A stretch of DNA of 59,319 bases, taken from NCBI GenBank assembly GCA_017445205.1, contig JAFSUP010000023.1:1-59319 (forward strand), in the 5' to 3' direction. Position numbers and translations under genes: made by a program. Positions 34,587 to 42,354 of this stretch are shown here, piece after piece (the stretch's first letter is position 1; every line of letters starts with the position of its first letter). Below the pieces are notes generated by a model that had not been told where the DNA came from, did not search any database, and worked only from the letters and a program-made list of their open reading frames with translations. Source of the DNA: Synergistaceae bacterium. GTDB lineage: Bacteria > Synergistota > Synergistia > Synergistales > Aminobacteriaceae.

Positions 34587-35154
34587 GTGTTTTTATATTT
34601 GTCAAAGAACAGAAAGAAAATCAAAGAAATTATTTTATGCTCGCTATTCGCGGCATTAATTGCTGTGGGAGCGTTCATAAAAATCCCCTGTCCCTGTTGT
34701 GCCTTTCACATTGCAATTCTTATTCACAGATATGGCCGGGTTATTGCTTGGCTCAAGATTAGGATTTATAGCGGTTATGTCATATATTGCGGTCGGTCTC
34801 GCCGGGATTCCTGTATTTGCTCAAGGCGGAGGACTGAATTATATTTTTCAGCCTAGCTTCGGTTACTTAATCGGCTTCGCGCTCGGAGCGTTCGTAACGG
34901 GGAAAATCGCGGAACGCTTCAAAAATCCCTCCTTCAAAATTTTAATCTTTGCAAACTTCGCGGGACTGCTTACGGTCTATGCGCTAGGAATGATTTATTA
35001 CTCGCTAATGAGTAATTTTTATTTAGGGACGCCGATCGGCTTGTGGCCTTTATTTTTATACTGTTTTATTTTGGCAGTGCCGGGGGATATAGCGCTGTGT
35101 GTGTTAAGCGCTTCGCTTGGGAAATTTTTAATTCCTGCTTTAAGGGAGCTGTAA
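34587..35154 (+). pseudogene. bioY: biotin transporter BioY, frameshifted at an A5/C4 homopolymer (34679-34688)
   Basis: Frame A gives KEIILCSLFAALIAVGAFIKIP and frame B gives VPVVPFTLQFLFTDMAGLLLG...GIPVFA. Removing one C restores a contiguous BioY. Confidence 0.75.
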
Positions 35155-35157
35155 AAA

Positions 35158-36129
35158 TTGAATTACTCAAAAATTTTGTGCGAGAAAGTTCTGAACGGTT
35201 ACGAAATCACGCGTGCGGAAGCGTTGAATTTATATTCACAGCCGCTTGACGAGTTATGCACGTGTGCTGACGAGATACGAAAAAAATTTTGCGCCGAAAA
35301 ATTTGACATTTGCACAATCATAAACGCTCGCAGCGGACGCTGTTCAGAGAACTGCAAGTTCTGCGCTCAATCATCGCACTACAAGACAGGCATAGAAGAA
35401 TATTCGTTATTATCGCCCGAAGAAATTACACAAAAAGCAAAAATTGATTACGCTGAAGGCGCGGTGCATTATGGCATTGTAACTTCGGGAAGAAGTCTTA
35501 ACGATGATGACGTTGAAAAAATTTGCGAGGCTGTCAAGAAAATTAAATCTGAAACAGGAATTGCGGTTTGTGCTTCGCTCGGTCTTTTGAACGAAGAGCA
35601 ATATAAAAAATTAAAGGCCGCCGGGCTTGCGCGAGTTCACAATAATCTTGAAACATCAGAAAATTATTTTCCTCAAATTTGCACGACTCATAAATTTTCA
35701 GACAAAGTCAACGCCATCAAAGCTGCTCAACGCGCCGGCCTCGAAGTCTGTAGCGGCGGGATAATCGGAATCGGCGAAAGCATTGAAGATAGAATCGACA
35801 TGGCTTTTTCATTGCGAGATTTGAAAATTGGAAGCGTACCCGTGAATATGCTCAACCCTGTTAAAGGTACGCCGTTCGCTGAAAATCAAAAATTATCTTC
35901 TGATGATTTAAGACGCACGATAGCCGTTTATAGATTTATATTGCCAAACGCGTATATCAGACTTGCTGGCGGACGTGGACTTTTGAGCGACAGGGGCAAA
36001 GGTTGCTTTTTATCCGGCGCGAACGCTTCAATCTCGGGCGACATGCTCACGACCGCAGGCATAAGCATAAAGACAGATATAAAAATGTTAGAAGAATTAG
36101 GCTTCAAAGTTCAATACTGCGATGATTAA
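35158..36129 (+). CDS. bioB: biotin synthase
   Basis: Radical-SAM motif CSENCKFC, BATS-type C-terminus and a TTG start. Confidence 0.9.
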   Translation: MNYSKILCEKVLNGYEITRAEALNLYSQPLDELCTCADEIRKKFCAEKFDICTIINARSGRCSENCKFCAQSSHYKTGIEEYSLLSPEEITQKAKIDYAEGAVHYGIVTSGRSLNDDDVEKICEAVKKIKSETGIAVCASLGLLNEEQYKKLKAAGLARVHNNLETSENYFPQICTTHKFSDKVNAIKAAQRAGLEVCSGGIIGIGESIEDRIDMAFSLRDLKIGSVPVNMLNPVKGTPFAENQKLSSDDLRRTIAVYRFILPNAYIRLAGGRGLLSDRGKGCFLSGANASISGDMLTTAGISIKTDIKMLEELGFKVQYCDD

Positions 36130-36784
36130 CAAATATATTTTCATCACCGGCACCGGCACTGACGTAGGAAAAACGTTTATCGCGGCTCTTATCTTGAAAA
36201 ATTTAATCGACAATGGCGTTAACGCTGCTTACTTCAAGGCCGCAATGAGCGGAAACTCACGCGACGAAAATAAAAATTTAATTCCCGGCGACGCTCTTTA
36301 CGTCAAAAAAATTTCGGGAAGTTCGCAAAGTTTAGAGTCGATGTGTCCGTATGTTTACGAGAGAGCTTATTCGCCACACTTGGCCGCAAAAATCGAAGGC
36401 GATCCCGTCGATTTAGATTTAGTCGTTGAAAAATTTCGTGAGCTTAAAAAAATTTATGATTGCGTCATTGTCGAAGGCTCCGGCGGGATTTTGTGCCCGA
36501 TAAGATTTGATGAAAATAAAAAAATTTGGCTAAAAGATATTATCAAAGCTCTTGGCCTAAGCTGTGTTCTTGTTGCGGACGCAGGACTAGGAACGATTAA
36601 CACCGTCGGCCTCACCGCAGAATACATGAAAGCAAATGAAATTTCACTTGACGGAATTATTTTCAATCATTTTAAAAACGGAAATATTTTGCACGAAGAT
36701 AATTTGAAGATGTGCGAGTGTTTCACAGGCTCAAAAGTCATCGCGTGTGTTCACGACAACGACAAGGAGATAATTATAAAATGA
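36122..36784 (+). CDS. bioD: dethiobiotin synthase
   Basis: ITGTGTDVGKT P-loop and EGSGG motif. Confidence 0.85.
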   Translation: MINKYIFITGTGTDVGKTFIAALILKNLIDNGVNAAYFKAAMSGNSRDENKNLIPGDALYVKKISGSSQSLESMCPYVYERAYSPHLAAKIEGDPVDLDLVVEKFRELKKIYDCVIVEGSGGILCPIRFDENKKIWLKDIIKALGLSCVLVADAGLGTINTVGLTAEYMKANEISLDGIIFNHFKNGNILHEDNLKMCECFTGSKVIACVHDNDKEIIIK

Positions 36785-37998
36785 TTTGGTATCCATACAC
36801 GCAAATGAAAAACATGAAAGCTCCTTATAAAATCATTGATGCCGAAGGAGTTTATTTATACACGGAAGACAACAAAAAATTAATTGATTCGATTTCGTCA
36901 TGGTGGAGCGTCATTCATGGTTACAAAAATCCCAAATTAAACGCCGCAATAATTTCACAGGTTGAAAATTTTTCTCACGTTATGCTTGGCGGCTTAACTC
37001 ATTCGCCGGTTGAAAAGCTCGCGAAAAAATTAAGCGAATGGTTGCCGGGAGATTTAGATTACTGTTTCTTTTCGGACTCTGGAAGCGTCGCTGTCGAAGT
37101 CGCTTTGAAAATGGCGCTACAATTTTTTATAAACCGTGGCGAAACTCGAACGATGACACTTGCTCTTGAACATGCCTATCACGGCGACACTTTCAAAGCT
37201 ATAGAAGTCGGCGACGATGAAGACTATCATTTTATATTGAAAGCACTCGGTCGGGGGCCGACTGCCAGCAAGAATCAAAATATTATTCACATTCCCGCGA
37301 AGATTGACGCGCTCGAAGAAGCATTTGAAAAATATCACGAAAAATTAAATTCTTTCATTGTCGAGCCGTTGTTACAATGCGCCGGAGGATTTCATATTCA
37401 TGATGTCGAATTTTTGCGACGAGCTAGAGAACTTTGCGACGAATATAACGTGATTTTAATTTTTGATGAAGTCGCTACGGGCTTCGGACGAACAGGGAAC
37501 AGATTTGTAGCGGATTTAGTTCAGCCGGATATTTTGATTTTAGGCAAAGCACTGACAGGCGGTTATATCGGCCACGCGGTAACAGTTGCGAACAAAAAAG
37601 TTTTCGACGGATTCTATGATGACAATCCCGAACATGCTCTAATGCACGGACCGACTTTCATGGGCAACGCTCTAGCCTGCGCGGTAGCTCTGAAGTCAAT
37701 CGAAATTTTTGAGCGCGAAAATTATATTTCAAAAATTAAAAACATCGAAAGAATTGCAAAACGCGAATTTGAAAATTTTTCTGCCGACGGCGTTAAAGAA
37801 GTAAGAATTTTAGGCGGCTGTATCTGTATCGAATGCACAAGCCCGGATTTTATAAAAGGCTTTCAGGATTTCGCATATGAGCGCGGAGTTTTCAATCGGC
37901 CATTCTTAAAATATATTTACGCAATGCCGCCTTATATTATTAAAGATGAAGAACTTTTGAAAATTTTCGACGTAATGAAAGCATGGTTCGAAAAATAA
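36781..37998 (+). CDS. bioA: adenosylmethionine-8-amino-7-oxononanoate aminotransferase
   Basis: MIWYPYTQMK start in an ATGA overlap with the bioD stop. Class-III aminotransferase motifs are present (DEVATGFGRTG, ILGKALTGG). Confidence 0.85.
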   Translation: MIWYPYTQMKNMKAPYKIIDAEGVYLYTEDNKKLIDSISSWWSVIHGYKNPKLNAAIISQVENFSHVMLGGLTHSPVEKLAKKLSEWLPGDLDYCFFSDSGSVAVEVALKMALQFFINRGETRTMTLALEHAYHGDTFKAIEVGDDEDYHFILKALGRGPTASKNQNIIHIPAKIDALEEAFEKYHEKLNSFIVEPLLQCAGGFHIHDVEFLRRARELCDEYNVILIFDEVATGFGRTGNRFVADLVQPDILILGKALTGGYIGHAVTVANKKVFDGFYDDNPEHALMHGPTFMGNALACAVALKSIEIFERENYISKIKNIERIAKREFENFSADGVKEVRILGGCICIECTSPDFIKGFQDFAYERGVFNRPFLKYIYAMPPYIIKDEELLKIFDVMKAWFEK

Positions 37999-38057
37999 AC
38001 TCTTAACTTAAATACGAGTTTAACTTCGTGCCCCTCTCCCTCTTGTCAGTGGGCGCG

Positions 38058-38066
38058 TGATATAAT
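38058..38066 (+). promoter_or_regulatory. extended -10 promoter TGaTATAAT upstream of the radical-SAM cassette
   Basis: Read directly, 26 nt before the GGAGGA RBS and ATG. Confidence 0.45.
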
Positions 38067-38091
38067 CAAAAAAATCGGACGTGCGGAGGAG

Positions 38092-39149
38092 ATGAACTTA
38101 CATTTGAAGGATTTTGTAAAAATAAATTACTTGCGCGACAAAAAACAGGCTATCGACGAAGCAAAAAGCTTACAATCATTAATTGACGCAGAATTATATC
38201 CGGAATATTTTACAATGCCATTGACTTTGCAATTTGAGCTAACTTTAAAGTGTAATGTTAAGTGCAAACATTGCTATAATTCTTCAGGCGAAGCAAGCGC
38301 GCAACAAGACAGAATGACGCCTGAACGATGGAAAGATTTTTCACGTTCTCTTGTTAAGGGGGGGGTATCTTTCACTGCATAATCTCGGGCGGCGAACCAT
38401 TAATTTTAGGTGATAGCCTCTTCGAGATAATGGATATTCTTCACGATGATGGCACAAGTTTTTTAGTCATCTCGAACGGCTTATTAATGACTCAAGATAA
38501 AGCCGAACGCTTCAAAAAATACCGCTACAAATGGTTTCAAATTTCAATAGACGGCGCAACGCCTGAAGTACATGATAATTTCAGACAGCATAACGGAAGT
38601 TGGGACGCGGCCGTAAAATCCGTTTTCATGTTATCAAATTTAGGAATTCCCGTAACAGTTGCTCACACAGTAACGCCGCAAAATCTCAATCAGCTTGATG
38701 AAATGTGTGAATTAGCATATTCATTAGGAGCTTCAAATATAATTTGTGGAACTGTAATGCTTTCCGGAAGATCTTTTCTTAATCCCGAAATAATAATGAA
38801 TCACGAACAACGGAGTATTTTTGCAGAAAAAATTGAAAAGAACGTGCAGAAATTTTCGGGCAAAATGACCGTGCAACGCAGTGCTTCAACAAAAATACAA
38901 CTTCTTCGAGGTTTGAACACTCCGAATCAGGGCGCGATAATTCGTCCGAATGGCGATATAAGATTAGATTGCGTTGCTCCGTTCACGATCGGAAATGTTC
39001 TCGATGATGATTTCTTTGAAGTCTGGCGCAAAAAAGCTAAAGACGTTTGGAAAAGCCCTGAGATACTCAAGTATTATGAGTCTTGGGACGGAGAAGAAGA
39101 AATCACGACCGGCATTAAAAATTATTTTGATGACGACGTTAAATTATAG
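38092..39149 (+). CDS. radical-SAM peptide-maturase-like enzyme, interrupted by a frameshift at a G8 tract (38358-38365)
   Basis: CNVKCKHC lies in the upstream frame. ISGGEPLILGD, ISNGLL and PNGDIRLDCVAPFTIGNV lie in the downstream frame. The two frames join through the G run. Confidence 0.75.
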
Positions 39150-39158
39150 GAGCAAAAC

Positions 39159-39452
39159 ATGAACACGCCATACGAATTTATTAAAGGATATATTCCGATA
39201 AAGAACGCGCTCAAGACTCGTGAGAACGATTCGTTTTTAATAGTCGCTAATCGTGAAAGCAATGTTTATTATCTCAATGGAACAGGGCGCGAAATTTGGG
39301 AGAACATAGACGGAAGCAAAAGCATCAACGAAATTTGCGAATGTCTTTTAAGTGAATACGATGTGAGCCGCGAAGTGCTTGAAAGAGATTTAACAAGTTT
39401 TGTGCGCGACATGCAATGGAAAAAATTATTGCGGCTAAAGAAAGGAGGCTAA
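39159..39452 (+). CDS. PqqD-family peptide chaperone (RRE-type domain)
   Basis: YYLNGTGREIWENIDGSKSINEICECLLSEYDV...LERDLTSFVRDM matches the PqqD pattern. An AGGAG RBS is present. Confidence 0.75.
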   Translation: MNTPYEFIKGYIPIKNALKTRENDSFLIVANRESNVYYLNGTGREIWENIDGSKSINEICECLLSEYDVSREVLERDLTSFVRDMQWKKLLRLKKGG

Positions 39453-39455
39453 ATC

Positions 39456-39641
39456 ATGAAACGATATACAACGCCTAAAATAACTAGCGATTCGATTGAA
39501 GAAAGAAGTTTTGCTATACCCTTTATAGCAGGTGTTATCGCTGCTACTGTGGCGGCAAAAGTTGCTTCAAAAGCTGTAGATGCAATTTTCGAGCGTTCGG
39601 TGCCATTCAACACCAATAAACTCGAACCTGTTTTAGCATAA
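39456..39641 (+). CDS. candidate precursor peptide 1 (61 aa, Cys-free)
   Basis: An AAAGGAGG RBS precedes the ATG, 4 nt after the pqqD-like stop. It shares MK+Y..P.[IV]TS, FAxxFxAG and LE.... motifs with peptide 2. Confidence 0.6.
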   Translation: MKRYTTPKITSDSIEERSFAIPFIAGVIAATVAAKVASKAVDAIFERSVPFNTNKLEPVLA

Positions 39642-39665
39642 TTAAAAGAAAGGAGGTAGATTATC

Positions 39666-39833
39666 ATGAAGCAATATGTTTCACCGTCGGTAACGTCATC
39701 GCCGTTGATTTCATTATCGTCAAGACCGTCAGCAACATCAGAATTTGCGAGCGGATTTATGGCAGGCTTCGGTTTCGGTTCACCGCGATTGAGTCCGGAA
39801 ATGCCGCCATCTTTAGAAGCTTACGTAGAATAA
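39666..39833 (+). CDS. candidate precursor peptide 2 (55 aa, Cys-free; not in the ORF track)
   Basis: An AGGAGG RBS lies 9 nt upstream. The hand translation is MKQYVSPSVTSSPLISLSSRPSATSEFASGFMAGFGFGSPRLSPEMPPSLEAYVE. Confidence 0.55.
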   Translation: MKQYVSPSVTSSPLISLSSRPSATSEFASGFMAGFGFGSPRLSPEMPPSLEAYVE

Positions 39834-39839
39834 AAAAAT

Positions 39840-39883
39840 AAAAAAATCCCCTCACGACTTTAAATCGCGGGGGGAAATTTTTA
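39840..39883. terminator. bidirectional terminator between the peptide cassette and the convergent transporter gene
   Basis: A TCCCCTC...GCGGGGGGA stem is flanked by A and T tracts. Confidence 0.55.
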
Positions 39884-39894
39884 TGCCTGAATTT

Positions 39895-42210
39895 TTACAG
39901 CGGCGTAACTCCCAAGAGTATGCAAGCTGCAATCGAAAGAATACTGACTCCCCAAATCCACGGAAGCGAGTATTTAATATGTTCGCCAACGTCAATTTCA
40001 AGAAGTCCAAGACCTAAATACATCGCAGGCGACAACGGGGAAATCATAACGCCAACGTTCTCTGCAACGAGAAGCACGCACGCAACGTCCATAGGATTGA
40101 CGCCGAACTGTGAAGCTATCCCCACAACAACCGGCAATAATCCAAAATAGAAGCTGTCTGTTCCAAGGCACATGATTAACGGCACCGCGAAGCACGCGAC
40201 TATAAAATGTGTATAGCGTCCAAGGTCCGGAGGAATAACCGTAACGATCGCCGAAGCCATTGCGTTTAACATTCCTGTACCGCTCAAAACGCCAGTGAAA
40301 ATTCCTGCCGCGAACAACGTAACGACCATCGACATAGCCGCAACACCGTAATTTTTCAATTTCGCGTTCTGTTCTTTGAGCGATTTAATATTAAACGGTA
40401 ACGAAATCGCAAGCGCAATCATGAACACGTACGCAGGGTTGAAGCTACCGAACATCAAAGCGCAAATTACAGCAACGACGAGAATAAAATTATATGTCTG
40501 AAGAGCTGTGGAAACTTTCGGGCCATTAGCTTCGGCCTTGGCATCATCAGTTGAATCATCAGCGCTAAGTCCGAGCTTTTTAATTCTTCTCTTCTGAATG
40601 CCGCTAAGCAAGAACGCTACTACAAACGTTACTACGAGCATAGTGCCCTGTACCGGCAACAATCTGTGCCAAAGGATATTCGGGTCCGTTTCAAGAACTG
40701 TAGCAGCTCTGATTGTCGGGCCTCCCCACGGGCAGACGTTCATAACTCCGATAGCGACGCAGATTAATAACATTAAAGCGCGGCCGTCCATTTTCAATTT
40801 CTTGAACAAAGGCAACATTGCTGTAATCGTGATAATGAAAGTCGTTGCGCCGGAGCCGTCAAGATGTCCGATAATACCAACGGCAGCCGTGGCAAGCATT
40901 ACGAGCGTTACGTTAGTTCCAGCTTTCTTGATTAAGAAGTTGACGATGGGGTCAAAAACTCCCTGATCGCTCATCAATGAGAAGAATGAAATCGAGAACA
41001 CGAACAGCGAGACCGTCGAAACCATTTTTGAAATTCCTGACGCCGCGAACTTGTTTACAGCCATCGGATCGAAGCCTGCAATAAGAGCCGCGATTGTCGG
41101 CAATAAAATAAATGCGATTGGTGGGATTACGACTTTCTTAATTAAGCAGAAAATCAAAACTATGACCATCACGAAGCCAATAACCGCGAGTTTCGTTGAA
41201 GGAGCCGCCTTCTTCGCGGGGGCCTTCGCGGGCTTCAACATATCGGTGAAAGTTTTGTATTCTTGGGTGAGAGTTTCCGTATAGTCTAAGCCGTTCGTGT
41301 AGCCGGGACGTTCATCATAGCCGCCCTGCTGCAAAAAGTCGTTCCATTCGGGCGTCCGTGTAGCGTTCAAGATGGCTCCTTCGAGAGCGTTAATAGCGGA
41401 TTCCGGCGTGCCCTTCTTGGCAAAAATTCCGCGCTCCGAACCTAAGAATGCGTTAATGCCTAACTCATTTGAGCATTCAACATTCGGATAACGATTCATT
41501 CTCTTTTCAGCGAGAACTAACAAAGGAATAATTTCGCCGGCTTCAATTAACGGTGTAATTTCCTGAGTACCTGTTACCATTAAATCAATCTGACCACGGA
41601 TTAAAGCTTCTGTCATGCCTGCGCCCGTCGGATAATCAACTTCGAGAATGTTTAATCCCTCGGTAGCCTGCTGGAAAGACAAACCGTCAACGCCAATTCG
41701 AGTCAACATTCCGATCGAGATGCTATACGGGTGAGCTTTGACATAATCACGAAGTTCGCTGAAAGATTTGTAGCCTCGTTCTTCCATTGCACGTTTTGAA
41801 GTCGCGATGACGTCGATAGCGTGAACAAGCCTTGCGACAGGGACGAACTCATCAAGAAATTTGAATTTCATTTCGCCCATTATGTCTTGAATTAAAAGAC
41901 TTTGTGTGCCAAGCAGGAACGTGTAACCGTCAGCTTCATGTTCTTTTACGTAGGCTGCGCCGTTCGATCCATTACCGCCGGTAACGTTAAGAATTTCGAC
42001 TTCTTGCCCGATCTCTTTTTCGAGCAACGGCTTTAATGCTCTTATAGTAGCGTCAGCTCCGCCGCCTTCACCCCACGGACAAACGATCGTGATTTTGTGG
42101 TCGAACTTGAAACTAGCAGGTGCGGCTTCTGTGTCAGCGGCCATTACTGCGGACACGCACAAAGTTAGCGCAAGAATAGCAGTGAGGAAAATAGATAAAA
42201 ATCTCTTCAC
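39895..42210 (-). CDS. fusion protein: TctC/Bug-type periplasmic binding domain plus CitMHS-type permease
   Basis: The N-terminus has a signal peptide and ITIVCPWGEGGGADATIRAL...NVTGGNGSNG (TctC-like). A KPAKAPAKKAAPS linker follows. The C-terminal half is polytopic with HLDGSGATTFIITI and NVCPWGGPTIRAA (CitMHS-like). Confidence 0.6.
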   Translation of the reverse strand: MKRFLSIFLTAILALTLCVSAVMAADTEAAPASFKFDHKITIVCPWGEGGGADATIRALKPLLEKEIGQEVEILNVTGGNGSNGAAYVKEHEADGYTFLLGTQSLLIQDIMGEMKFKFLDEFVPVARLVHAIDVIATSKRAMEERGYKSFSELRDYVKAHPYSISIGMLTRIGVDGLSFQQATEGLNILEVDYPTGAGMTEALIRGQIDLMVTGTQEITPLIEAGEIIPLLVLAEKRMNRYPNVECSNELGINAFLGSERGIFAKKGTPESAINALEGAILNATRTPEWNDFLQQGGYDERPGYTNGLDYTETLTQEYKTFTDMLKPAKAPAKKAAPSTKLAVIGFVMVIVLIFCLIKKVVIPPIAFILLPTIAALIAGFDPMAVNKFAASGISKMVSTVSLFVFSISFFSLMSDQGVFDPIVNFLIKKAGTNVTLVMLATAAVGIIGHLDGSGATTFIITITAMLPLFKKLKMDGRALMLLICVAIGVMNVCPWGGPTIRAATVLETDPNILWHRLLPVQGTMLVVTFVVAFLLSGIQKRRIKKLGLSADDSTDDAKAEANGPKVSTALQTYNFILVVAVICALMFGSFNPAYVFMIALAISLPFNIKSLKEQNAKLKNYGVAAMSMVVTLFAAGIFTGVLSGTGMLNAMASAIVTVIPPDLGRYTHFIVACFAVPLIMCLGTDSFYFGLLPVVVGIASQFGVNPMDVACVLLVAENVGVMISPLSPAMYLGLGLLEIDVGEHIKYSLPWIWGVSILSIAACILLGVTPL

Positions 42211-42283
42211 TTAAAATTTACCCCCTAAATAAAAATTTTTAGTTGAATTTTGAAAAGTGTTTATATTATAGCGGAATTTGAGA

Positions 42284-42325
42284 ATAAAAAAATTAACTTC
42301 TGGACACCGTATCCAAAAGTTAATT
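42284..42325 (-). terminator. ftsH terminator
   Basis: The minus strand reads AATTAACTT-N17-AAGTTAATT followed by T7. Confidence 0.55.
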
Positions 42326-42354
42326 AAGAATGTTGCGTCAAAAATTTTAATTCT

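Noticed and set aside
36712-36780. N-terminal extension of bioA overlapping bioD
   Set aside because: The ATG at 36781 in an ATGA overlap with the bioD stop gives the conserved MIWYPYTQMK start. The extension is Arg-rich off-frame bioD sequence.
39449-39667. 72-aa minus-strand ORF covering candidate precursor peptide 1
   Set aside because: It has no RBS and would be transcribed against the cassette. The plus-strand peptide has a strong RBS and a paralog with shared motifs.
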